This document shows, one piece after another, positions 46,790 to 55,158 of a DNA stretch of 59,404 nt. The notes under the pieces are model-generated. The model did not search any database and was not told the origin of the DNA. It saw only the letters and a list, made by a program, of their open reading frames with translations. The DNA is taken from the IMG/VR virus record IMGVR_UViG_3300010048_000011, positions 1 to 59,404 of that record; one strand, written 5' to 3'. This DNA is from a virus (Duplodnaviria > Caudoviricetes). Numbering within the stretch: the first letter of the stretch is position 1; every line of letters starts with the position of its first letter. The translations under genes and the position numbers were made by a program.

Positions 46790-46873
46790 TGCTACCTCCT
46801 TGACTCACTGCCTGTCTGGCAGCTTGCACCACACCGAGCATTGTCTCTCGGCATGATGCGAGCGGTCAGACGC

Positions 46874-47074
46874 TCACGGCATCACCTCGTCATCGTCCAG
46901 CTTGATCCCGAAGTCGCCGACCGTGTTGCCTTTGATGTCACGCAGACTGCCTGCCGAGACGCCGTCTCGGAGCTGGTCTGCGACTGTGGTAAGAATGCGG
47001 GCGATCTCCTCGTCCCGACCATCCTCGAAGGCCGCGTTACCCAGCCCAGTGATCAGCACACGAAACTGTGCCAT
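46874..47074 (-). CDS. Array small phage protein
   Basis: 'NAAF..EIARIL..LRD.KGNTVG' motif; RBS and ATG. Confidence 0.75.
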   Translation of the reverse strand: MAQFRVLITGLGNAAFEDGRDEEIARILTTVADQLRDGVSAGSLRDIKGNTVGDFGIKLDDDEVMP

Positions 47075-47161
47075 CCTTACTACCTCCCTGCTTGTTCCTA
47101 TCCAGCCTGATCGGCCAGCACAGCGTACGGCCCCTGCGTCCATACACCATGCCGTGGCTGG

Positions 47162-47443
47162 TCAGCTAGTGACTTCGGGTCGCGTGACGATGATCGCGGC
47201 GTGGTTAAGATTCTGATGCGCCACTCTCGTGATGTAGCCACCTTCATGCAGCGTTGACACGACGTCGGCGACAATCGCAGGCATCTCCGGATTGTCTTTG
47301 TCGTAGCTGATTGACACCCACACCTCATAATCGCCCAACTGTCGCGCTGACATACCTGCACGCCTACGGTCGGGGAATACCAGGGTGTGCCCCTTGCTTT
47401 TGAGAAAGCGGGATACGTTTTGCGTTCGAATATGCACCCTCAC
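47162..47443 (-). CDS. Array hypothetical protein
   Basis: RBS and GTG; stop at the element. Confidence 0.7.
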   Translation of the reverse strand: MRVHIRTQNVSRFLKSKGHTLVFPDRRRAGMSARQLGDYEVWVSISYDKDNPEMPAIVADVVSTLHEGGYITRVAHQNLNHAAIIVTRPEVTS

Positions 47444-47530
47444 TTCTGTTACCTCCTTGACTCGTTTCTAATAGGTCTGATCGACCAGCACAGCGCACAG
47501 CTCTGCGTCTGTACGCCATGCCGTGACCGG

Positions 47531-47842
47531 TCAGCCGAAAATGGTCTGTGTGATCTCCTTGTTCCTATTGCGGTGCCCCTGGCAGATTGAATCCTTACCG
47601 TCGTATTGGACTGGGCCAGAGCAAGGACTCTCCGTGCGTGCACTTACACAGCCGTTCGGTTGCGGCCACTGGCTTGCCAGCGTGGTCACGTGCCGCGCAG
47701 CCTCTTCGTGGTCGTCACACAAATACAGCGCAGGGCCGGACTCGGTGACGTGGAGTACGTATGCCTTCTCGTCATCCCCAAAGACGGTAACCGACTCGTC
47801 GCCGTGTCGTATGGACTTTCCTGAAACCAGTCTATGTGGCAT
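47531..47842 (-). CDS. Array hypothetical protein
   Basis: ATG just after the previous stop; stop at the element. Confidence 0.65.
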   Translation of the reverse strand: MPHRLVSGKSIRHGDESVTVFGDDEKAYVLHVTESGPALYLCDDHEEAARHVTTLASQWPQPNGCVSARTESPCSGPVQYDGKDSICQGHRNRNKEITQTIFG

Positions 47843-47844
47843 CT

Positions 47845-48258
47845 TTACTCTGCTTCCCTGAGAGTGAGGAGATGAATGGGCAAGTCGCCGGTAACATCCT
47901 CATCGTTGGCCGTAGCATGCAATACGACGGGGTGGTTTTTGCCCTGGTGTTGTGAGCCATCCCAGCGAACGTGATACATGCTCACGTCAGTACCGTTGTC
48001 CAACGTATACCGGGCGTCGCCCGGGTTGTCTATTGCATTCGGCCAGAAAACGAACGTCAGGCCGTTGTCGTCTTTCGATATCTCGCTATTCTCGATATAC
48101 CACACTGCGTATCCGCCAGTGGTTCTGGCTGGCTCAGATTCTGTGAGCACACAGGACCAGTGCCAAAGTTCCGCGTTAGGGCCGCCGTTTTCAGCGACCA
48201 CACGGAGATATGACCGTGCGTCTGCTTCGTGTGGGTCATCCCTATCCATAGCGACCAC
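47845..48258 (-). CDS. Array protein, paralog of 48340-48789
   Basis: Shared 'ELW.W..VL...EPAR...YAV..F.FW...I..P..A.Y.LD.G'. Confidence 0.75.
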   Translation of the reverse strand: MVAMDRDDPHEADARSYLRVVAENGGPNAELWHWSCVLTESEPARTTGGYAVWYIENSEISKDDNGLTFVFWPNAIDNPGDARYTLDNGTDVSMYHVRWDGSQHQGKNHPVVLHATANDEDVTGDLPIHLLTLREAE

Positions 48259-48339
48259 CGTTCTACCTCCTTGACTTAATCTGGTCTGATCGACCAGCAC
48301 GGCGCACAGCTCTAGGTCTGCACACCATGCCTTGGCTGA

Positions 48340-48789
48340 TCAGGTCGGCTTGACCACGTTCAACTGAGCCAGAATGTCATCCGGCACGGTTGCGTCGTTC
48401 GGTGCCTTGTTGATCTTCAGATGGTAGGACTTGCGAGGTCCGAGCGACCACGTGTTGTAGTCAATCACTCCACTCGGGTTGACCGGGTATGTCTGTAACC
48501 AGATCGGCAGGCCCTTGTCGCTTTTTCTGCTCCATCCGGTCACGTAGTAGGGTACGGCCGTTTTGCCATCGTCGAGTACGTACACGGCATTGTGCGGCTT
48601 GCTGATCTCGTCTGCCCAGAACGCGAAGACAGGCTCCCCGTTCGCTTTGCTGGTGCACCGCACCGCGTAGCTTGCCGTGTAGTTGCGCGCGGGCTCGTGG
48701 TTGTCGAGTACCGCTCGCCAGTACCACAGTTCGGGATTGTCGACTGTTTCCATGTACTCCCGTACGGCTTTCCCGTGCAACGCATCCAC
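48340..48789 (-). CDS. Array protein, paralog of 47845-48258
   Basis: Same shared motif; RBS and GTG. Confidence 0.75.
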   Translation of the reverse strand: MDALHGKAVREYMETVDNPELWYWRAVLDNHEPARNYTASYAVRCTSKANGEPVFAFWADEISKPHNAVYVLDDGKTAVPYYVTGWSRKSDKGLPIWLQTYPVNPSGVIDYNTWSLGPRKSYHLKINKAPNDATVPDDILAQLNVVKPT

Positions 48790-48872
48790 GTTGTTCTACC
48801 TCCTTGACTTACTGCCTGCCTGTCTGGCAGCCAACGCAGTACCCGAGCCACGCTCAGGCACCACGCAAGCGG

Positions 48873-49130
48873 TCAGCCCGTAGGGCACTCCCATGTCGAC
48901 GTCCGGATGTTGTAGACCTTGTCGTCGTCCGGGTGTCGGCACGGCGGAGGATCGTTGCACGGTCTGATGTAGATCGCCGGTCCGTCGCCGTCGGTGCGCA
49001 CCCATTTCGTTTCGGTGCACAGTGCGCCGTCCTGCTGGTAGGTCCCTGCGAATGTCGCGAGGATCAATTCTGCTGATTCGCCGTAACCGTCGCAGATCTT
49101 GCGTCCGTTCTTGTACGAAATGAAGTACAC
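48873..49130 (-). CDS. Array hypothetical protein
   Basis: RBS and GTG; stop at the element. Confidence 0.7.
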   Translation of the reverse strand: MYFISYKNGRKICDGYGESAELILATFAGTYQQDGALCTETKWVRTDGDGPAIYIRPCNDPPPCRHPDDDKVYNIRTSTWECPTG

Positions 49131-49213
49131 GTTACCTCCTTGACTCACCTTGCTTCGGTCTGATCGACCAGCATGGCGCACAGCTCTAGGTCCGTACACC
49201 ATGCCGTGATTGA

Positions 49214-49510
49214 TCAGAGCTTCATTCGGACTAAGTCGTCTGCGCCGTCACCGCTGGGCGGTTCCCCGTTCCGCAGGCGTTCCGCCACTGCCGCAGCAAC
49301 GGTCATGTTGCCACAATACGTTCGATCGCCGTTGTCCCACCGTATGATGGTTTGTGACACCATTTCTTTCGCGTTGGGAAGGCCAAACTTGTCTAGGGCG
49401 ATCCCCTGGTCATAAACGACAATGTCCCGCTGATCGTCTTTGAACGCGATCAGCCACGTCTGTACGACTGTCGCGTGCACGGTATCGGTGTCCACTCGGT
49501 ACTTTTCCAT
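49214..49510 (-). CDS. Array hypothetical protein
   Basis: RBS and ATG; stop at the element. Confidence 0.7.
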   Translation of the reverse strand: MEKYRVDTDTVHATVVQTWLIAFKDDQRDIVVYDQGIALDKFGLPNAKEMVSQTIIRWDNGDRTYCGNMTVAAAVAERLRNGEPPSGDGADDLVRMKL

Positions 49511-49596
49511 TGCTACCCCCTTGACTTACTGCCCTGTCTGGCAGCCAACGCAAGGGACAGACCTGTGTGGTCTAATCCCTCACGCAAGGTGTCAGC

Positions 49597-50037
49597 TCAC
49601 TTGCAATACAGACAATTACAGAACACATTGTCTTCGTGCGGAGTGCCCGTACATTCGATCGGGTCATCTCCGTTATTTGCCTGGTAGTCGCCGCCACGCG
49701 GGTCATCCTGATAACGGACCAGGTTGTATTCCGCTCCGCAGTAGTTACAGGACTCATGGGTCCACCTGTGGTGACGCGATTCGTCGTAGCCAGTCGTTTC
49801 ATTGAACGCGTGACCGAACGACGACCAGACGTGAGTGACGTAAGTCCAACTGTTGTCCGGTCGCCATTCGAACGATCTGCCGTTGTCCTCTGCGTAGTAG
49901 TTGCACAGTAATCGAGTGATCTCAGCGTCATCGTGTCGCTTGCGGAACTGTATCAATGCCTGTGTGGCATTTTCTGCGAACAGTTCGGCGACGACCGTTG
50001 AGCCATACTCTTTGTACTCGATACGCGCATACGCCAT
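49597..50037 (-). CDS. Array Cys/His-containing protein
   Basis: RBS and ATG; CNYC and CNCLYC. Confidence 0.7.
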   Translation of the reverse strand: MAYARIEYKEYGSTVVAELFAENATQALIQFRKRHDDAEITRLLCNYYAEDNGRSFEWRPDNSWTYVTHVWSSFGHAFNETTGYDESRHHRWTHESCNYCGAEYNLVRYQDDPRGGDYQANNGDDPIECTGTPHEDNVFCNCLYCK

Positions 50038-50119
50038 GTGCGTTACCTCCTTGACTCTGACTGCGGATGTAGCAGCCAACGCGGTACACAGACGCTCGGT
50101 CTGTGCGCCACGCAAGCTG

Positions 50120-50500
50120 TCAATCGCGCCATTCGCTTGTGACGTCGCTGGCCTTCGTCGGTAGGTAGTGCTCACCTAGTAACCGCCGCGCCGTCGCAAC
50201 GTCGTTGTAGATCACTTTCATGACCGTGTTACGAAACGCCTGATCGGTCCGGCTGATCACCACGAACACGGCCGACGTCACGTCGGCTAGTAGGTCGTAG
50301 ACCACTTCACCGACAATCAGAACGAAGTCCTCACGTCGGTGGCCGGTTTTGATCATCTGGTCGAACGACGATCGCCCCTGCGCGATCACAGAGTTGTTGA
50401 CCTCATCGGAGATGTCTTCCGTAGGTCCCTCTCCACTGTTGTCGAGTAGCGTCGTGAGTCGCTGTACCGCCTGGTCTGTAGTCAGCACCGTACTCGTCAT
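50120..50500 (-). CDS. Array hypothetical protein
   Basis: RBS and ATG; stop at the element. Confidence 0.7.
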   Translation of the reverse strand: MTSTVLTTDQAVQRLTTLLDNSGEGPTEDISDEVNNSVIAQGRSSFDQMIKTGHRREDFVLIVGEVVYDLLADVTSAVFVVISRTDQAFRNTVMKVIYNDVATARRLLGEHYLPTKASDVTSEWRD

Positions 50501-50586
50501 GCTCTTAACCTCCTTGACTCTGACTGCGCTTTTCTGGCAGCCAACGCAAGGGACAGACCATGCGGTCTAATCCCTCACGCAAGTTG

Positions 50587-50733
50587 TCAGAATTCGTCAT
50601 CTACTTCTCTGGCGTAGCAATTCCACCGACGTACCAATCGGCAGGACAGCAAGGCCAACCGACGGTATTTCGTGCGGAACACGTGAGCCTGTTGACCTTT
50701 GAGCTTGGTATCGAACACGTAGTATCGACGCAT
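50587..50733 (-). CDS. Array 48-aa basic protein (absent from the ORF track)
   Basis: GGAG RBS; MRRYYVFDTKLK...; TGA starts the element; resembles the N-terminus of 50749-51180. Confidence 0.65.
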   Translation of the reverse strand: MRRYYVFDTKLKGQQAHVFRTKYRRLALLSCRLVRRWNCYAREVDDEF

Positions 50734-50748
50734 GTCCAGGCTCTCCGT

Positions 50749-51180
50749 TCAGACCGTGTCGACCGTGAGCCACCAAAAACCCATGTCCACGTTGTGGTGC
50801 CAATCCCATGGGACAGCAATCCACAATGTCGGGCCATAGGTGGCGATCCACCCCATGGCGAACCCTGCGAGTACCGTCACGATCAGAGCCACGACCAGCC
50901 CCATTCGCACGCATACCCACAGCGTGAGCAGCGGCCGGACGTCGTCGTACCAGATTGCTCGAACGTCATGGCCGAACTCCGCCAGGGCTTCCCGCATGTT
51001 GTGGATTTCCCGCTCTACCTCACGGACTTCGTGGCTGATCGTGTCACTGACCAACTCGTCATGCCGGGCGCTGTAGTCGTAACGAGGGTTACGGCCGCAG
51101 TACCATCGGGCGATGAATTCCGGTGCTCTGAATAGGTATCCGCTCTCCTCTTTGGGGTCGAATACGTATTTCAGCGCCAT
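50749..51180 (-). CDS. Array membrane protein
   Basis: RBS and ATG; C-terminal TM. Confidence 0.7.
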   Translation of the reverse strand: MALKYVFDPKEESGYLFRAPEFIARWYCGRNPRYDYSARHDELVSDTISHEVREVEREIHNMREALAEFGHDVRAIWYDDVRPLLTLWVCVRMGLVVALIVTVLAGFAMGWIATYGPTLWIAVPWDWHHNVDMGFWWLTVDTV

Positions 51181-51278
51181 CGCGCTACCTCCTTGACTCT
51201 GGTTACCACCTTGGCAACCAACGGGCAGGCACGTCCATTAAGGACAATGCCTCCCGCAAGCTGTCCGGTGATCAATAT

Positions 51279-51575
51279 TCAGACGTTCCAAGCGGTCGAC
51301 AGATACCGTCGAAAGACTTTCCGCTTGCGCTGGGTGCGCAATGTGAGAGCGATCAGGAGAGGCGCCACGATCAATTCGTCTAATGGCCCCGGAATGAACA
51401 TGCACACACCAACCACGGCGAGTTGCCACGGTTCCATATGCCGCTGGCCGTAGCGGTGCACAGCTAACAGGCATCTTTGCGTCCTTGGGTAGGCGGCTAA
51501 GAGTCCTGCGACTACGCCAACCGCGCCGAGTAGCTTTCCGGCATCGATCAGCGCACCGATTAGGTTTGCGATCAC
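51279..51575 (-). CDS. Array membrane protein
   Basis: RBS and GTG; 'FIPGPLDELIV'. Confidence 0.7.
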   Translation of the reverse strand: MIANLIGALIDAGKLLGAVGVVAGLLAAYPRTQRCLLAVHRYGQRHMEPWQLAVVGVCMFIPGPLDELIVAPLLIALTLRTQRKRKVFRRYLSTAWNV

Positions 51576-51669
51576 TTTTTCGCTACCTCCTCGACTAGCG
51601 ATTGCCACCACGGCAACCAACGGCAGGCACGTCCGCAGTGGACTGTGCCTCCCGCAAGTGGTCTGGTGA

Positions 51670-51996
51670 TCACAGGTCGTTCTGCGCTTCGTACATTTCC
51701 TCTTCGTTCAGCTTGGCGAGGCAGTAAGCGACGCTTTCGCCGCATTCGTGCATCATTTCTTCGAGTTTCTCAGCACGGTCGCTACTGCCTACCAGGCAAC
51801 GCAGTGAGTACCGCAGTGCGAACCGAACACCCGCGTAGGGTGTCGGAATCGCACTATATTCTCGCACGTCGTGCGAGTTGTCGCTTGCGTAGTGCCGTAG
51901 GTCGGCTGACACTCCGTCGTCAACCTGGTTGCACTTGAGTAGCATGGTCCAAAGATCTTCGGCCATTGCTAAGTGAACTTCAGTGTTACCGTTCAT
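51670..51996 (-). CDS. First gene of the array
   Basis: AAGGGAG RBS and ATG; stop at the element. Confidence 0.7.
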   Translation of the reverse strand: MNGNTEVHLAMAEDLWTMLLKCNQVDDGVSADLRHYASDNSHDVREYSAIPTPYAGVRFALRYSLRCLVGSSDRAEKLEEMMHECGESVAYCLAKLNEEEMYEAQNDL

Positions 51997-52014
51997 CGGT
52001 CTATCTCCCTTGCT

Positions 52015-52096
52015 CTTGACTACATCGGGAAAGAGCACGGCTTGTGAGTGGAAATGACCACTCGCTCATTCCGTGCCCCACCCTGAATTAGTCAAG
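52015..52096 (-). promoter_or_regulatory. Long leader hairpin heading the array
   Basis: CTTGACTA...TAGTCAAG enclosing GCACGG/CCGTGC and GAGTGG/CCACTC stems. Confidence 0.55.
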
Positions 52097-52762
52097 GTAG
52101 GAGGTATTTGCCTCTATGGAATTCTCAAAGATCACAATCGGCTCACTAGTCTCAGCGCTGCCTTACTCGTCATGAGTAACCCGTTGCATAGCTCTGCGCC
52201 ATGCTTGCCCTTTATGGACACACTGAGTGGGTACCGCCCGCGTGAGCGATTTTGAGTTGTAAAGGTGCATGCCCTGCGAGAGTGGCCCCCTGGAAGAGGA
52301 CCCGCCCCCGTTGGCGATGGGAGGATCCTGACACAGGCTGTGTCATACGCGCTACAAGATGTGACCCAGACCACATGACAGCTTGTATGCCCTGGTGAGA
52401 GCCCTGCACACCAGCCTGCATGTGATGGCCCGGCTGCCCGCCTGGTAGCCCCTGAGAGCCCCTGGGCCAGCCTGCCGGGCACCGTGGCGCACCCTGCCCG
52501 CTAGCGCACCGCAGGGAGCCACTGAGCGGCCCCTACGCACGCGGCTACGCCTGCGCCGACACAACGCCCACCATGGGTGTATGCCTATGCGCGACGATGC
52601 ATAGGCACCAACGCATGCCTGCGCCGTGCCCTGACCGCCGATAAGTAGACGTTACCGGAGGCCAGGCCAGGTAGCAGCCCCTGTACCCCCACCGACCCCC
52701 CACGGGGGTTGCGTCCGATCGGCCGCCGACAGGATACAAGCGGTCCCCAGGTTTATGTCTTC

Positions 52763-52802
52763 CGCGCATGATCGTGTGTTGCTCGCGCATGATCGTGTGT
52801 TG
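52763..52802. repeat. 19-bp tandem direct repeat
   Basis: CGCGCATGATCGTGTGTTG twice with a 21-bp period. Confidence 0.8.
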
Positions 52803-53339
52803 ATCTTCCTTCGGTAGGGCTCTGACCAGGGAATATGCTACAGCCGGCGGGGTCCACACAGGACGGACGGACGCGCGTGGTCAGCGGAATCGACGATGCA
52901 TGGTTATACATGACCCATAGGTGTCGGCGGCGTTAACAGTTACCACCTTTAAGGACCATCGGCACCATGCAGAGCGGCCGTTCGACCGGTTGTCAATCCA
53001 CATAGGACCGTGGCAAGGTGGCGCCTGCCCGGCACACCACGTAGGTGTCCGTGCGCCCTAGCGGCCGGGGCCAGCCGGGTTCCGTCGGTTGGTCTCGGTC
53101 GCGAAAATACCTCACGTTCCCTCTACGGCCTGGTTCCATCTGGTTCCATTTGCCCGCCCCCATGGACAACCGACGGAACCCTCTTTTAGTCTTTTCCTCG
53201 CTGCGGTGCTACCGGGTCTGACCACAATCGTCGGTATGCCGTTCGCGATGAAATCGACACATCCACACCGCAGGCAGCACTCTCGCACAAGTTCGGGACA
53301 CCACACCAATACCCGTCGGGGTAGCCGGTATGTGGGAGA

Positions 53340-53726
53340 GTGCTGTCTGTTGTGGACGGAAGCCGGGGCGAGGAATTGCAGTACACATTGCTGTGTGTGC
53401 GGGTGGGCGAGTTGCCTAGCGAATACGTGCCGCCGTCGGCCAGGCCGAGACTGTGCCGGGCCTGCGGACTGGGCGTGTGGGCGAGTGGGCGAGTTCTGCC
53501 GGACATTGACACGCGGGTGGCGATGCCGGTCTGCATGGAGTGTGCGGCGGCTGAGCTGGTGCACCTGCCAGAGTCGGAGTGGCCCCAATTGCATCCGGCC
53601 TTGATCGAGGAGGCAAGCGAACTGGGCATCTCGCGAGAGGCGCAGGTAAAGCTAGTGCGCCGCTTGACTCAGACCTTACAGCGCTCGACCGCTAGTGCCC
53701 TGTGGGTGCCGGGGAAGCCGCTGTAA
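53340..53726 (+). CDS. Zn-binding hypothetical protein
   Basis: GGGAG RBS; CRAC...CMEC. Confidence 0.6.
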   Translation: MLSVVDGSRGEELQYTLLCVRVGELPSEYVPPSARPRLCRACGLGVWASGRVLPDIDTRVAMPVCMECAAAELVHLPESEWPQLHPALIEEASELGISREAQVKLVRRLTQTLQRSTASALWVPGKPL

Positions 53727-53740
53727 GTATCGGGGAGAAA

Positions 53741-53840
53741 CGAAAGCCCTCTCGAAGCCACGTCGAGAGGGCTTTCGTCTGTGCACCGTTACGCTCACAT
53801 AAAGAAGGGCTCCCCCTGGGATCACCAGAGAGAGCCCTTC
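53741..53840. terminator. Twin hairpins
   Basis: CGAAAGCCCTCTCGA..TCGAGAGGGCTTTCG and GAAGGGCTC..GAGCCCTTC. Confidence 0.6.
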
Positions 53841-53921
53841 AGCGCGGTCGAACTTGCGGAACACTTGCTAGTTGAGCGATGGAAGCTGTTCCCGTTTGGA
53901 CCCTCGTCCCGAGCTACATAG

Positions 53922-54539
53922 GTGAGGCGGAAACAGGAAAAGAGTACCACACCCGGAGGTGGTTCGGCGGCAGACGAGGTGGAAAAGAAAATCTACTACA
54001 ACCCGGACGGCACGGTGTGGGAGCCAGAGTTCCCGAAGCAGCGGCCCCCGTTTCAGAAGGGCGTTGCGATCACTCGTTTGCACGGCGCCAATCCCTACCC
54101 GGGCAGCCAAACCGTCGGTCCGCGAGCAGAGGAGATTTTGGCTCGGTACAAGGCGATGCCGTCATGGCCACCGTACCTTGAGGACCCGAGTTGGGCGCCC
54201 GCGCTGCGGAGCTGGAGCCGCGCCGAAGCCGTCTGTGAGCTGCTGACGGAGTACCTGGCGGGCATGGACATCCAGCGAGCGAACTCCGACATCATCGACA
54301 CTGTTGAGAACTCTAAAATCGAGATCAACGCGGCCGGTGCCCAATTGTCGTATCGGCAGAGCAAGACGCATCGCGAGGCCAGTCCCTTGGAAATGTTGCG
54401 TAAGTTCGAGACGATTGCATCCAATCACCGCAACCGGCTGGGACTCGATCCTCTAGGCCGCGCCCGACTCGGTAAAGACATCAGCCAGACGAAGACTGCG
54501 GACCTTGCGGCCTACTGGCAAACAGAAGGTGAGAGCTAG
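53922..54539 (+). CDS. Putative terminase small subunit
   Basis: 'HGA' motif, helical core, 'LGLDPLGRARL' C-terminus like P27-type TerS; upstream of terL. Confidence 0.6.
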   Translation: MRRKQEKSTTPGGGSAADEVEKKIYYNPDGTVWEPEFPKQRPPFQKGVAITRLHGANPYPGSQTVGPRAEEILARYKAMPSWPPYLEDPSWAPALRSWSRAEAVCELLTEYLAGMDIQRANSDIIDTVENSKIEINAAGAQLSYRQSKTHREASPLEMLRKFETIASNHRNRLGLDPLGRARLGKDISQTKTADLAAYWQTEGES

Positions 54540-54726
54540 GGTTGCGCCGGTCCCCGCCATGTTGACGTAGCATGACTCCCCGACGAATGAGTGCGTTACG
54601 GACAGCGCCGTAAGACGCGTCGTGCCGTTTGGCTATCGCTAAGATGCCGTTTGCCCTGCCACCGCGTAGGTACTCGGTCGCGAGTTGGTCTGTCTGTGCC
54701 GCAGTGAACCTCAATACATGTCCCAA
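54481..54726 (-). CDS. Small HTH DNA-binding protein
   Basis: 'Y..G...IA.....SYGAVRNAL...GV.LR..GG'. Confidence 0.6.
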   Translation of the reverse strand: MGHVLRFTAAQTDQLATEYLRGGRANGILAIAKRHDASYGAVRNALIRRGVMLRQHGGDRRNPSSHLLFASRPQGPQSSSG

Positions 54727-54743
54727 GGCTTCGTCACTTTCTC

Positions 54744-54959
54744 TCAGTGGAGCTTTCGTCCGCCCCGACCCCGCTTTTCGGCGCCGAAGGCGTCCAGGAT
54801 GGTATTCATTCTGCTCGGCTTAATTCCGTACCGTTTAGCCAGAGTCGGTCCGTCGGCGCCCGCGTTATATTCCCTGACGGCTCGATCAGGATCAAACCCA
54901 GGAAATTCCTCTTTCAGTCGTGCGCGATGCTTCTCACGCCGTTGCTCGACATCGACCAT
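54744..54959 (-). CDS. Small HTH DNA-binding protein (related to its neighbour)
   Basis: 'EYNAG....LAKRYG.......L...G...R.RGG'. Confidence 0.6.
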   Translation of the reverse strand: MVDVEQRREKHRARLKEEFPGFDPDRAVREYNAGADGPTLAKRYGIKPSRMNTILDAFGAEKRGRGGRKLH

Positions 54960-55158
54960 TGGTAAACCTTTCGTGACAGGCGAGACCTCTGCGTCGGCCG
55001 TGCCCGTCAGCGACGCAGAGGTCTCAGGCAGCGCGACAGATTGACTGGTGGGTGTCAAACACCAGTCAACCGCTGCTGCTGCTGCCCGTTTGGTACACGG
55101 TGGCCGCCAGTTGCCGTGGCCGGGGAGGACTGGCACAAACCAGCGGCCACCGTGGGTT

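Larger units (their letters stand above)
44141..51672 (-). repeat. 14 related ~80-nt intergenic double-hairpin + RBS elements: 44141-44220, 45227-45302, 46104-46180, 46793-46869, 47081-47164, 47450-47533, 48264-48342, 48797-48875, 49133-49216, 49514-49594, 50044-50122, 50507-50589, 51186-51274, 51584-51672
   Basis: On the minus strand each reads TGA(C/T)...long G-U-rich hairpin...short hairpin...AGTCAAGGAGGT (or a close variant); three sequence subfamilies. Confidence 0.9.

Noticed and set aside
44141-51672. Repeats as a CRISPR array
   Set aside because: Units are ~80 nt, diverged and separated by 200-1000 bp of genes rather than short spacers; there is no cas operon
44141-51672. Repeats as integron attC sites
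   Set aside because: No RYYYAAC/GTTRRRY ends, two hairpins rather than one, and no tyrosine integron integrase in the window
44141-51672. Repeats as intrinsic terminators or hammerhead ribozymes
   Set aside because: No U-tracts after the stems and no CUGANGA/GAAA catalytic core
54980-55026. Hairpin GAGACCTCTGCGTCG...CGACGCAGAGGTCTC as a second att site
   Set aside because: No adjacent recombinase; more simply a terminator or leader before the small HTH genes
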